From NCBI GenBank assembly GCA_038228205.1, contig JBBRPL010000027.1:6572-70571 (forward strand): 64,000 nucleotides of DNA, in the 5' to 3' direction. Position numbers and translations under genes: made by a program. This document shows positions 12,936 to 23,015 of this stretch, piece by piece. This DNA comes from Chthoniobacterales bacterium (lineage in GTDB: Bacteria; Verrucomicrobiota; Verrucomicrobiia; Chthoniobacterales; Chthoniobacteraceae). The notes below the pieces were generated by a model, which saw only the letters and a list, made by a program, of their open reading frames with translations, had not been told where the DNA came from and did no database searches. Numbering within the stretch: position 1 is the stretch's first letter; the number at the start of each line of letters is the position of its first letter.

Positions 12936-14444
12936 TTAGTCGGGTAACGGGCGGCCATGGGTTTCCGGGCCGAGCCAAATGATGCCCATTCCCACGAAAT
13001 AGATTCCCGACATCACGGTCGCGGCCTTGGGAAAACTATTGTGGAAGAATCCCATGAGATTGGCCACTTGCAGGCCGCCGATGGCGGCGACGATCCGGCC
13101 AAAATTGTAGGCAAAGCCCTGCCCGGTGGCACGGACCGCAGTGGGAAAAAGCTCCGGCAGGTAGAGTGGGAAGAAGCCGTAAAACGAGGCCGTGGTTGCC
13201 CCGGCGACGAAAGTCGAGAACAGGAAGTACGCATTGTAACTGTGGTTGGTCCAGTAAAGGAGCAGCGAACCGCCGACCGAACTCAGGCACAGAAGCGCGT
13301 ATGTTTTGCGCCGCCCGAACCGTCCGGCCGCCAACGCCGCGATCATGGTTCCCACAATAGCACCCATCGACAGCCAGAACAGGGTCCATTCCTTGGCGTG
13401 GACGACATTGGGCGCGAGCTCTTCCGTCACCCAACGGGGCGCCCATTGTGTCGAACCCCACGTTCCGAGGAGCGCCACCGATGCCAGACCGGCTCCGAAG
13501 ACCATCATCTTGACGATGCTTTGATTGTGGGAATGGGTGAACGAACCCGCGGCTTCAGCCCGGGAAAGGTATCGGCGGACGGGATACAGAAAGCCTGCCA
13601 GCGCCACGACCAGGCCGACGAGGGTGATCACCGTGGCCAGGCCAGGGCCGATGCCGGACGTAGCTCCGGCGGGCGACCAGGCCCAGATGATCGCGAGCGT
13701 GCCGGCGCCCCCGAGAAGAACCCCGAATAGATCCGCGTTGGCCCAGTGTGAGGTGTGCCCCAATTTCTTTTCGGCCTCCCATTTGTCGGACTCGGGGACA
13801 AAAATGCGGATCATGAAGATGAGCAGGGCAGGGAGCGCTCCGCTGATCATCAGGAGGCGCCACGCCGAGTGCGCCAGCAGGTAGTCCGACACGGCCTTCG
13901 ATGCGCCCAGGGCATGAAGGACGTTTTCCGTCGCCGCGACAAAACCGAGCAAGACCATGCTCAGGACCGCGGCCAGCAAGTAGCCGACATTCGCGGCGGC
14001 GCCGATCAAACCTGCCGTCAGGGCCCGCGACTTGTCCGGCCAGATCTCATTGACCAGCGCCACCCCGAGGGACCATTCGCCGCCCATGCCGAGGGAAGCC
14101 ACGAAACGGAACGCCGCGATGTGCCAGGCCTCCGTCGCGAAGCCGCAGAGGCCGGTAAAGATGGCGTAAGTGAAAATGCTGAGCGACATGGCGCGCACGC
14201 GTCCGATCTTGTCCCCCAGCCACCCGAAAAGCACTCCACCGGTTGCCGCCCCAACGAGAAAAACGGCGATGATCGCGCCAAACCATTTGGCGGCATCTCC
14301 CGCTCCGGCCTGTCCGAGCAAGTCCTTGAGCGCCGGCTGGCCGATGAGGGGAAAAAGCCCCATTTCAAAGCCATCGAACATCCACCCGAGAAAGGCCGCG
14401 ATCAGCGTCAGGTAGCGTTTGGTGTTCGATGTAGGAAGGGGCAT
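12936..14444 (-). CDS. MFS transporter (SHS-like sugar/organic acid)
   Basis: GWMFDGFE, GWLGDKIGRVR, GMGGEW, YLPELFPTAVRATGQG; start ATG 14444. Confidence 0.9.
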   Translation of the reverse strand: MPLPTSNTKRYLTLIAAFLGWMFDGFEMGLFPLIGQPALKDLLGQAGAGDAAKWFGAIIAVFLVGAATGGVLFGWLGDKIGRVRAMSLSIFTYAIFTGLCGFATEAWHIAAFRFVASLGMGGEWSLGVALVNEIWPDKSRALTAGLIGAAANVGYLLAAVLSMVLLGFVAATENVLHALGASKAVSDYLLAHSAWRLLMISGALPALLIFMIRIFVPESDKWEAEKKLGHTSHWANADLFGVLLGGAGTLAIIWAWSPAGATSGIGPGLATVITLVGLVVALAGFLYPVRRYLSRAEAAGSFTHSHNQSIVKMMVFGAGLASVALLGTWGSTQWAPRWVTEELAPNVVHAKEWTLFWLSMGAIVGTMIAALAAGRFGRRKTYALLCLSSVGGSLLLYWTNHSYNAYFLFSTFVAGATTASFYGFFPLYLPELFPTAVRATGQGFAYNFGRIVAAIGGLQVANLMGFFHNSFPKAATVMSGIYFVGMGIIWLGPETHGRPLPD

Positions 14445-14584
14445 CGCCCTAATGCGTATCAAATGACGCCGCTCTCTGCTGCTAAAATCTCTGGAAACAG
14501 TAGGACTAATGCGAGCCGGGGGGCGGAATGCGGGGGCAGAGGCCAAAAATCAGAGGTCAGAGATTAGGAAATCAGGGGCTCGCT

Positions 14585-14982
14585 CATCCCTCCGGGATGG
14601 ACGGCGCCCGCCGTCATCCTCGAACAAACCATTCCGCGCAGCGGTTTAGAGCCTGCTATCGGCCTGATCTATAAACTGCTGAAAATCAGAGTGCGCGGGT
14701 GGATCGGCTTTTGACGATCGCCCCCGCGATCGCCCTGTCGGGCTCGCTTTACGAGTCCTGTCGCTCCGCTCCAGTCCGAAGACGATGGCAAAAGATGGGC
14801 GGCGAAGCCGCGATTCTTTTTCCCATCGCGTTGCGGAGAACGCGATCCACCCGCGCTTTCTGAACGTGGGATCCAATCTGGAGCCACGTTGCTCAACGTC
14901 ATCTCCGCAATAACGATGACGGCCTTTTGTTTTTGGGTCCTCAGGACGACACACTCTGTGGGCGTTTTTCAACAGGCTGCTA
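14585..14982. repeat. Composite REP/IS-end-like remnant region
   Basis: Palindrome CATCCCTCCGGGATG (14585-14599, related to 17124-17138); TAGAGCCTG at 14647; TAGCAGCCTGTTGAAAAACG on the minus strand starting at the fabD stop; several short hairpins; no credible ORF. Confidence 0.45.
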
Positions 14983-15918
14983 ACCCCGGAGCGCGCCCAG
15001 TGCGGTTTCGAGTCCGGCCACATCACTGATCGAAAAACACGGGGTTCCCTTCCGGGTGCGATTGAGCAAGCCCGCCAGGACGCCTCCGGGTCCCAGTTCC
15101 AGGAACAGTTCGCATTTCTCATTATCGATCAGGTACTCGATCGTCTCCGTCCAGCGGACCGTCCCCGTCACCTGATCCTGCAGGGAGGACCGGATCTCCT
15201 CTTCTTCGTGGACCGGGGCCGCGTCGACATTGCAGATTACCGGGAACCGGGGCCTGGCCAGCGGGGTCCTTTGCAATTCCTCGCCCAGTTTCAGGAACGC
15301 CGAGTTCATGAGGCGTGAGTGATAAGCACCCGCGACGTTGAGTGTCCTGGCCATCCGGATGCCATGCTCCTTGGCCAGCGAGACGGCCAGGGCAATCTTC
15401 GAGCTTTCCCCGGAAACGACGATTTGGCCGGGGCTGTTTAGATTGGCGATATCCACATCGGTCTCGGAAGCGAGTGCCCGGACTGTGCTTTCGTCGGCCC
15501 CGATCATCGCAGCCATCCCGCCATTCGTCTGCTCGCAGGCTTCCTGCATTAGCAGACCGCGCCGGGCGACCAACCGCAGGCCGGTCTCGAAATCGAACGT
15601 CCCCGCCGCGGCATGCGCCGTGAATTCCCCGAGGGAAAGACCTGCCGTGGCCCGGACGGGAAATTCACCGGCCTCTGCACGCAAGGCCGCCAGGATGGCG
15701 AGGCCGTGAACGAAGAGCGCGGGCTGGCAGTGCCTGGTCTGCGTCAGTTCCTCTTCCGGTCCGGTGAAGGCGATCTTGCTCAGCGAATAACCGAGGATTT
15801 CGTCGGCCTTGGCAAATAGCTCGGCGGCAGCGGGATACCTGGCGGCGAGATCCTGGCCCATGCCCACAGCCTGGGCGCCCTGACCCGCGAAAAGGAGGGC
15901 GATGCGTTTTTCGTTCAT
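14980..15918 (-). CDS. fabD: ACP S-malonyltransferase
   Basis: LLFAGQGAQ..GMG, GLSLGE, VAGAYHS, ELGPG; start ATG 15918 overlaps the upstream stop. Confidence 0.96.
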   Translation of the reverse strand: MNEKRIALLFAGQGAQAVGMGQDLAARYPAAAELFAKADEILGYSLSKIAFTGPEEELTQTRHCQPALFVHGLAILAALRAEAGEFPVRATAGLSLGEFTAHAAAGTFDFETGLRLVARRGLLMQEACEQTNGGMAAMIGADESTVRALASETDVDIANLNSPGQIVVSGESSKIALAVSLAKEHGIRMARTLNVAGAYHSRLMNSAFLKLGEELQRTPLARPRFPVICNVDAAPVHEEEEIRSSLQDQVTGTVRWTETIEYLIDNEKCELFLELGPGGVLAGLLNRTRKGTPCFSISDVAGLETALGALRG

Positions 15919-17039
15919 AAAAGGTGTCCGAGTCGGAGGAGGCGCGCCGCGCGTGCCGCGGCACGGGTGAGGAGTTCCGCGCCGCGGCTCATCGCCGCGT
16001 CGAGTGTAATGGGTTCGTCGATGATCGCAAAGTGCGCGTCGAAGAGGGCATCCACTGCGGGATGGTCGGCGATGGAGCCGGCAAATGCCAGAACGGGTTT
16101 GCCGTGCTTGCGGGCGAGCGCCGCGACGCCTGCGGGGCCTTTGCCCTCGAGCGTCTGGCCGTCGATCCGGCCTTCCCCCGTCACCACCAGATCGCAGGCC
16201 GCGATTCGATCCTCGAGCCGCATCGTCGCCGCCACGAGATCGAACCCCGAACAAATCCGAGCGTGGCAAAAACTGAGCAGCCCGAATCCAAATCCGCCCG
16301 CCGCCCCCGAGCCGGGCACATCGCGGAAGTCCGTGCCCAGGTCGCTGGCGACGACATCCGCGAGATTGAGCAACCCTTCCTCCAGCGCCACGATATCCAT
16401 GCCGGCGGCTCCCTTCTGAGGACTGAAAACGTGCGCTGTGCCCCGCGGGCCGAGCAGGGGATTCTGCACGTCGCACGCTGCGACGATCTCTGGAAGCTCG
16501 ATCGCCCCTTCGTGCACGACCCGGATGAGCGCCAGCAGATTGCCCGGAATGGCTGCCAGATCTTCGCCGTCGCTGGTCAGAAATTCGTAGCCGAGCGCCG
16601 CGGCCATCCCGATGCCGCCATCCGTGGTGGCGCTCCCGCCCAGCCCGATGAGAATCTTCCGCGCTCCGCGTTCCGTGGCCATGCGCATCAATTGCCCGGT
16701 TCCGTAGGTATTGGCCCGCAGCGGAGCCCGCTCCTCCGGCTTCAGCCGCCATAAACCGGAAGCCTCGCTCATATCGATGATCGCCAGTTTTTCCTTCTCC
16801 ACCCAGGCATACCGCGCCTCGACCTCTCGCCCGATGGGATCGAGGACACGCCCGGGGATCCACTCTCCCTCGAGCGCCGCGCAAAGCGCATCCGCAAAGC
16901 CTTCCCCGCCATCGGCGATCGGGGCGCGCACGATTTCCGCCTCCGGCCACGCCTTGGCGAAGCCCACCGCAAGCGCGTCCGCCGCGGCCAGGGCCGAGAG
17001 CGAGCCTTTGAATTTATCGGGTGCGACGAGGATTTTCAC
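15915..17039 (-). CDS. Glycerate kinase (GlxK/GarK family)
   Basis: GTG start VKILVAPDKFKGSL, ADGGEG, GLGGSATTDGG, TGEGRID.QT..GK. Confidence 0.93.
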   Translation of the reverse strand: MKILVAPDKFKGSLSALAAADALAVGFAKAWPEAEIVRAPIADGGEGFADALCAALEGEWIPGRVLDPIGREVEARYAWVEKEKLAIIDMSEASGLWRLKPEERAPLRANTYGTGQLMRMATERGARKILIGLGGSATTDGGIGMAAALGYEFLTSDGEDLAAIPGNLLALIRVVHEGAIELPEIVAACDVQNPLLGPRGTAHVFSPQKGAAGMDIVALEEGLLNLADVVASDLGTDFRDVPGSGAAGGFGFGLLSFCHARICSGFDLVAATMRLEDRIAACDLVVTGEGRIDGQTLEGKGPAGVAALARKHGKPVLAFAGSIADHPAVDALFDAHFAIIDEPITLDAAMSRGAELLTRAAARAARLLRLGHLL

Positions 17040-17093
17040 GAACTGCGGGAGGATCAGTTTCGTCAGCCACCGCGACGATGACAAGCGGGCAAA

Positions 17094-17397
17094 AGTGCGT
17101 GTTCTGCACTTTGGCCGACGGGGTATCCCGGAGGGATAAGTGAAATTAGCCCCGGGTCGAGTGATCCCGCGACAGCGGGAGAGCGAACACCCGGGGTTCC
17201 TTCCAAAACAACGTCGTTCCATCCGTCCCGGCCTCCTGGCCGCATCTTTCCCCTCTCCCTCGGAGATGCGGCTTCGCCGGGACGGATGGAGCGTTCGCTG
17301 GTGGGTGGATACCCCGGGTGTTCGCTCGTTACACTCGCTCGACCCGGGGCTAATCGCTGGGACACCTCCGGAGTCCAAAGTGCAGAACACGCTCTAG
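17094..17397. mobile_element. MITE/REPIN-like nested palindromic element
   Basis: 18-bp perfect terminal IR (17097-17114 / 17375-17392) enclosing further IR pairs 17145-17164 / 17335-17354, 17181-17197 / 17311-17327 and 17218-17232 / 17276-17290. Confidence 0.75.
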
Positions 17398-17666
17398 TGA
17401 ATTGGATCACGCTGCCCCAGCGTGATTCGAAGGCACGAGACAGCGCCAAACATCTGTTGGGCCGGCTTTGCATAGCTACTGCGATGCAAACTCGCCCATT
17501 GACGCGGACGCGCACGGTGTTCAGCATCCCGAACGTCCGCTTTCCGGATGGCACACTCCCCCTGCCCGCTCGCTCGCCCCTTGCAGAATTTGAACCCACA
17601 AAAAGTCTCTCGATCAGCCGGCGGATTGCGCGGACTGATTTAATCTTTTCACCCTGCGTTTAAATC

Positions 17667-19244
17667 ATGAACACAAATCCCTTCATTGGCGAACCGACTG
17701 GCCCAGCCATCTATCTCGACGACTTCAGTCCGTTTGTGAAAGCCGGCCAGGCGGCGCGTGAGGGCGGTGTGGGCAAGTGGCATCTCCAGGGCGGCTGGTG
17801 GGGCGCGCGCCACAGCCAGTTGCTCGTGGTGGCGCCCGACAGCGGCGCACCGGTGCTCAGCTTCGATCCCGGAGTGCGCGGGCTGCATGCGATCTATATC
17901 GGCGGCTACAGTCCGGGCCGCGTGCGCGGCGGGGAACAGGAACCGAACGCCATTTACGTGCGACTCAGCGGGGAACCGCACTTTACCAACCTGCAGCCGG
18001 AGCGCGGCGAGCCGTGCCATCAGGAGATGTATTTCAAGACGGTCGACCTGACCGGAGCGCGGCTGGAACTGGGCGCGTTCGGAAAGAATTCGATGTTCGG
18101 CCATATCAAGCTCGTACCGGTGACCCGCCCGTCGTTACCGCCGGTGCAGGGCCGCACGATCGGGATCCTTGATTTTGCCGACGACGCCGATCTGTCGGAA
18201 CCGCCGCTCTTCGAGGCTGGCTCGGCCATCCGCCGGCACGCCGAGGCTGGCTTCGACATGGTCATGTGGAAAGCCTACGCCGTGCGGTGCGAATACCACA
18301 CGCGGGTAGGCGAACAGCGGAGCATCACCTACTCGGACACGGAAATCGCGCAGCGCCCGGCCGGCGACGCCATTGATCCCGCGCGATCCATGCGCGGCGT
18401 CGGTGGGCTGCTGAAAAAATACGACACGATGCGGCAGGCCGTGGATGAGGCGCACAAACTCAAGCTGCCGATCTTCGGCTGGGCGCGCATCAGCAACGAA
18501 TTTTCCAAGCCCAACCATCAGTTTTCCGCCACGACGCAGTTTCACAAGGACCACGCGGAAATGGTGCAACGCTACCGCGACGGCAAGCCATCGCCCCGGC
18601 TCAGCTTTGCCTACGAAGAGGTGCGCCAGCACAAGCGGGAGATCTTGTGCGAGATCGCGGGCTACGGCATGGACGGCATTCTGGTGGACATCCTGCGGCA
18701 CCCGCCGATGGCGCAATACGACGCGCCGCTGGTGGAGGCCTATCAAAAGCGGACGGGACGCGATCCGCGAACGATGGAAAATGACGGCGATGAGCAATGG
18801 CTGCGTTTCCGTTCCGAACCGTTCACGCAGTTCCTGCGTGAAACGCGCGAGGCGCTGGATGCGCAGGCGAAACGGCGCTACCCGCTCTGGATTCGCACGA
18901 TGGATCAACCGTGGCGCAATTTGCAGTGCGCCTGCGATATCGAGACGTGGCTCGCGGAGGGACTCGTGGACGGGATCATCTTCGGCCCGCATAATGCGAC
19001 CGGTGACAACTACCCTGACTCGATCGACCTGCAAACGTATCTGAAGCTCGCGAAGGGCAAGGCTCAGATATTCGGACAGGTCTGGCGGATGGGCGCCGGG
19101 ACCCAGGCCGAAGCTCTCGCCGCGGACTTGTATCGGCAGGGCGTCGACGGTGTCGCGCTCTACGAATCAAATCTCGCGGCGACGCTGACGTCATTGCGCG
19201 AGCGGCTATGGCGTTTCGGCCGGCCCGGCAGTTTGCGCGGATAG
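17667..19244 (+). CDS. Glycoside hydrolase-like TIM-barrel protein (GHL10/DUF187-like), no signal peptide
   Basis: AVDEAHKLKLPIFGW, LSFAYEEVR, YGMDGILVD, W..FR...FTQFLR, D..TW..EGLVD. Confidence 0.7.
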   Translation: MNTNPFIGEPTGPAIYLDDFSPFVKAGQAAREGGVGKWHLQGGWWGARHSQLLVVAPDSGAPVLSFDPGVRGLHAIYIGGYSPGRVRGGEQEPNAIYVRLSGEPHFTNLQPERGEPCHQEMYFKTVDLTGARLELGAFGKNSMFGHIKLVPVTRPSLPPVQGRTIGILDFADDADLSEPPLFEAGSAIRRHAEAGFDMVMWKAYAVRCEYHTRVGEQRSITYSDTEIAQRPAGDAIDPARSMRGVGGLLKKYDTMRQAVDEAHKLKLPIFGWARISNEFSKPNHQFSATTQFHKDHAEMVQRYRDGKPSPRLSFAYEEVRQHKREILCEIAGYGMDGILVDILRHPPMAQYDAPLVEAYQKRTGRDPRTMENDGDEQWLRFRSEPFTQFLRETREALDAQAKRRYPLWIRTMDQPWRNLQCACDIETWLAEGLVDGIIFGPHNATGDNYPDSIDLQTYLKLAKGKAQIFGQVWRMGAGTQAEALAADLYRQGVDGVALYESNLAATLTSLRERLWRFGRPGSLRG

Positions 19245-19279
19245 TGAAGTTCGAAATTCCGCGTTCACTCCCTTTCCCC

Positions 19280-21241
19280 ATGAAGCACCTCATCCTCGGT
19301 CTCCTAATCCTGTGGACGATGTTCCTGCTCGGAACCGGCATCGCCCGAGCGGACGTGGCGATTGCGAAACTATCGGATCAGGCAGGATTCAAGATCACCA
19401 CGACCGCCTACCAAGCGACGCTGGATGCCAATGGAGCGATGACCTCGCTCATCGTTTCGGGCGAGGAGTTTCTGGCCCAGGAGCGAAAGTTGAGCATCGA
19501 TGGCAAAGTCGCGGAGGTCCCCGCTGTCTTCGCCAGTCATCATCGCAGTTGGACTCCGACCTTCCTACTGACCGGACCGGTGACGATCGAAGATAGGACC
19601 TTGAAGACCAAAGGCCAGAACTGGGAACTGTCCTATACGTTTGAGGAGTCCGCCATCACCATGGCGTTCGGCGGCTTTCCCAAGGGCGCAACGTACGCGC
19701 TGAACGAAGGCTATCCCAACGGCAATCTCGACATCTGGATGTCGCCGAAGTTGCATCGCGCCACCGACGCCCTTCAACAGGGAGATCTTGGCTGGCCGAT
19801 CCGGGGCAATCCGGAGCCGGGTAACTACACCCTCATCGCGAATAATGGCGCCGGTGTGGAATTCCAAAACAGTTTTTGGATTGCCCATTTTGAAGATCTC
19901 CGGCCGAATTTGCAAACGTCCCACCGCGGCGATTTCCTTCTGTTCGCCGAGATGCAGAAGAAGCCCGGGCCGATCGTGCGCCACGTGGAGATCCACCCAA
20001 AAGTCGACGTGGGCGGATCCGTGGAATTGTCGGTTGCCTCGCCAAATCCGGACCACCTGTTTCCAGAGAACCGCCCGATGGTTTTCCCCGTGCGGATTTC
20101 TGCTTACTATGGCCAGTCGTTGCACGGCAAACTACGATTCGAAGGGCACAACTACGTCTTCCAGGACAAGAAAGCCTCCGCGGAAGTGCCGATCCAGATC
20201 GAGTCGGGCGCGGCGCCTCTCGCCTTGGATTTCGCGATTCAGCCGGCCGAACCGGGCCACTACATTGGCAATCTCATTCTGAGCGATGATGCCGGCCATG
20301 ACCTCTACCTGAAGCGAATCGGCTTCCTCTATCAGCCGCAAAAAGTCGCACCGGTGAAGCCTCCCGAGGGCTTTGACGCGTTCTGGGATCACACCCTCGC
20401 GGATCTGGAAAAAATCCCGCTCGACCTCACCCTGACGGAACTGCCGGAAAAGGAAACCGCGGCCGGGAAAGCGTATCTCGCAAAGTTCCGTGCCTGGGAA
20501 GGCCGCTGGGCCTGGGCCTGGCTCTACGAGCCAAAAAAGGACGAGAAAGTCGACGCGGCTGTGCAATGTCCGGCGGTCAGCGTTTATCAGCCGGGCCGGG
20601 CCCAGGCCGCGAGCGGAGGACTGGTGATCATGGCCGCGGTTCACGGCGGGGACATCACAGAATATCCTGCCCGGAGTGACATCGACTACATGAATGGAGG
20701 GATCACCGATCGCGAGACGGCGATGCTGCGCTATAGTTACACATGCCTGGTCCGTTGCTATGACATCATTCGTCAACATCGCCTGTGCAATGGTACCGTC
20801 CACGTGCGTGGCAGCAGCCAGGGAGGCGGGCTCTCGTTCGTCCTGGGAGGATTGAGGCCCGTCGCGAGCGTGACCGCGAACACCGTCGCGCTGATGCGAA
20901 TCGACTGGACCGTGCTGGGACTGACTACCTGGGGGCCGCGCGTCCCCGCGGGGGCGGACCCGAAGCAGGTGGCCGAGGTGCTCCGTTATTTCGACCCCCC
21001 TTGTTTCGCGCATCGCATTCACGCTCCAGTGAAACTCTATGTGGGCCTGTTTGATTTCACGGGACCCGTGCAAGGGATTCTCACGGCGATCAACGCCTTG
21101 CCGCCCGCCACGCCCTGCCAGATGGTGGTCGACCCCTACGGAGGCCACTTCACCGCCAACTATGCCGGCCGTGACGCTGGCAACGCTCCTCCCGTGCCCC
21201 GCTGGCTGGGAACGGACGCGGAGAACAAACTGATCAAGTGA
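19280..21241 (+). CDS. Secreted multidomain protein with C-terminal acetylxylan esterase (CE7-like) domain
   Basis: Signal peptide MKHLIL..ARA; PEGFDAFWDHTL, GSSQGGGL, LRYFD, GGH. Confidence 0.78.
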   Translation: MKHLILGLLILWTMFLLGTGIARADVAIAKLSDQAGFKITTTAYQATLDANGAMTSLIVSGEEFLAQERKLSIDGKVAEVPAVFASHHRSWTPTFLLTGPVTIEDRTLKTKGQNWELSYTFEESAITMAFGGFPKGATYALNEGYPNGNLDIWMSPKLHRATDALQQGDLGWPIRGNPEPGNYTLIANNGAGVEFQNSFWIAHFEDLRPNLQTSHRGDFLLFAEMQKKPGPIVRHVEIHPKVDVGGSVELSVASPNPDHLFPENRPMVFPVRISAYYGQSLHGKLRFEGHNYVFQDKKASAEVPIQIESGAAPLALDFAIQPAEPGHYIGNLILSDDAGHDLYLKRIGFLYQPQKVAPVKPPEGFDAFWDHTLADLEKIPLDLTLTELPEKETAAGKAYLAKFRAWEGRWAWAWLYEPKKDEKVDAAVQCPAVSVYQPGRAQAASGGLVIMAAVHGGDITEYPARSDIDYMNGGITDRETAMLRYSYTCLVRCYDIIRQHRLCNGTVHVRGSSQGGGLSFVLGGLRPVASVTANTVALMRIDWTVLGLTTWGPRVPAGADPKQVAEVLRYFDPPCFAHRIHAPVKLYVGLFDFTGPVQGILTAINALPPATPCQMVVDPYGGHFTANYAGRDAGNAPPVPRWLGTDAENKLIK

Positions 21242-21260
21242 GGCCGTGGCCCCACGTTGA

Positions 21261-23015
21261 TCATTTCTCCGCGCGCGGACCGTATGGCGCGACCGGCTTG
21301 CCAGACTCATGCGCACCCAGATCGGGCGCTTTGCCCGCGAAGTCATCGATGATGTTTGGCAACCTCACACCGGCATCGATGGCATTGCATCCGGCCTTGA
21401 GCGTGAGGTTCTGCAACTCGGCCCGTCCTTTCTCCGCCGGAATGTCGAATCGCTCGAAAATTTCCTCCTTCTTGACCCGCACTCCGTGCTGCTCGATGCC
21501 GACGGCCGCGCTGAAACTGGGGATGTCGGCATACGAGGCGCCGTTCCAGCGAAAGGCGGCCTTCGATTCCGCCCAGTCGAAGCCATCGTAATCCACGTCG
21601 GTCCGCCAGTCGGGGGTATAGACATCGGGAAGGGCGGAGTGCGACTGCTTCGTGCCGGGCTCGGTGGGAACCGTCACCCACACCGGGTTCTTCGCTCCTT
21701 CCCTCGTGCCCGCGGAAATGAAGAGGTTGTTGCGCGTCAGTGCGCCGAGGATGTGGTGCATCCGTTTGTCAAAGAAGCCCCAGGCGACAAACGTGTTATT
21801 CGCCAGGACGAAGCGGTCCTCCACACGAAACTTGAAGAGATAACCCTGGCAGATGATCTGGTTGCGGATGAAATACCAGGGGCCGCAATACATGGGTTGG
21901 AAACTGAGCCCGGAATTGTGCGGATTGGTGATGCGATTGCCCCAGACCCGATTGTTAGCGTATCCGTAGTCCAGTTCGATCCCGTCGTCGGTCACGTCGA
22001 ATATGTCGTTGCCATAAATGTCACAATTCCGGTGGCAATAGGACACACCGTCGGCCACGCGGGAGATGCGATTGAAGCAAACTTCGTTGTCGCTGGAATG
22101 GCCCAGTTCGACGCCCTCACCCGAGATCTTGCTTTCCGACGGGTCATTGTCGCCCACCATGACATTGTCGGCGATGTACCAAAAGCGGCAGCCCTTCCGG
22201 AGGACCACGGAATAGTGAAAGCCGGTGAAATGGCAACGGCTCACGACAACATCATCCACGTCGAAACCCTCCAGTCCAGTGCCGCCGCTGTCCGTCTTGA
22301 AAGTCAGTCCCTCAAACCACTGGTGACCCGCGGTGACCTTCACCCCGGCGAGCACCGCCTCGCCGTCGCCAGCGGCCTTCCATGCGATTTGGCGTCCCGC
22401 CTCGCCGCCGTGGGCAAACTGAAACGCTCCGTAGCTGCCGCGATGTAAAAGGACAGTGTCGCCGGGCTTGGCGGCAGACTGCGCGGCGGCGAGACTGGGG
22501 AAAGGTTTCTCCTCGGTGCCGTCTCCGGCGGTCGCGTCCGGCGCGACGTGGATGGTGCGGACCGATTTTGGAGCAGTCGGAACCGCGCGCGTATCGATGG
22601 AGAAAATCCTTTGCATGCCGCCGCCGTCCGGGTCGGCGAGATCGAGCTTCACCTCATACGTTGTGGCCGGTTCAAGAAACAGCACGCTACCCGCGAACAT
22701 ATTGTAGGGGCGATCGGCTTTCAGGTCGGCATACCAGCCGCTGTAATCCACGCGAAACAGGGGCAGCGCCTCCTTCCACTCCGGCGCGCCTGTGGCGCGG
22801 TAATGCACCTGGCATGTCCCGTTATGGTTCCCATCGCCGGTGATGTCCCATTCGACGCCGATGGAATGGGTGGTCGAGTATTGGTGGAAGGCGCCCGGGG
22901 ACGTCGCGTCCTCTGCGGCGCGAACTGGCAATGTGGCTAACAAGGCGCCAAGCACGGCTGGCAACGACCCTCCGAGTATGGCCGATGGGGAGAAATTCAT
23001 GATGATGTGTTTCAT
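21261..23015 (-). CDS. Secreted right-handed parallel beta-helix protein (pectin-lyase-like) with N-terminal FnIII-like domain
   Basis: Signal peptide; LEPATTYEVKL, AKPGDTVLLH.G.Y, Asn-ladder repeats (IYGNDI, VWGNRI), AIDAG, APDLGAHE. Confidence 0.8.
   Translation of the reverse strand: MKHIIMNFSPSAILGGSLPAVLGALLATLPVRAAEDATSPGAFHQYSTTHSIGVEWDITGDGNHNGTCQVHYRATGAPEWKEALPLFRVDYSGWYADLKADRPYNMFAGSVLFLEPATTYEVKLDLADPDGGGMQRIFSIDTRAVPTAPKSVRTIHVAPDATAGDGTEEKPFPSLAAAQSAAKPGDTVLLHRGSYGAFQFAHGGEAGRQIAWKAAGDGEAVLAGVKVTAGHQWFEGLTFKTDSGGTGLEGFDVDDVVVSRCHFTGFHYSVVLRKGCRFWYIADNVMVGDNDPSESKISGEGVELGHSSDNEVCFNRISRVADGVSYCHRNCDIYGNDIFDVTDDGIELDYGYANNRVWGNRITNPHNSGLSFQPMYCGPWYFIRNQIICQGYLFKFRVEDRFVLANNTFVAWGFFDKRMHHILGALTRNNLFISAGTREGAKNPVWVTVPTEPGTKQSHSALPDVYTPDWRTDVDYDGFDWAESKAAFRWNGASYADIPSFSAAVGIEQHGVRVKKEEIFERFDIPAEKGRAELQNLTLKAGCNAIDAGVRLPNIIDDFAGKAPDLGAHESGKPVAPYGPRAEK

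Noticed and set aside
14646-15122. ORFs in the fabD-MFS gap as a transposase remnant
   Set aside because: No DDE or HUH motifs; composition not protein-like
15919-16950. Apparent long N-terminal extension of FabD (656-aa ORF)
   Set aside because: Arg-rich alternate frame of the glycerate kinase gene; the real start is ATG 15918
17094-17397. Possible CRISPR array or tRNA
   Set aside because: Repeats are inverted and nested rather than direct with spacers; no cloverleaf and no cas genes
17456-17475. Sigma-54-like TTGGGCCGGCTTTGCA
   Set aside because: GG-to-GC spacing is 9 nt rather than the required 10
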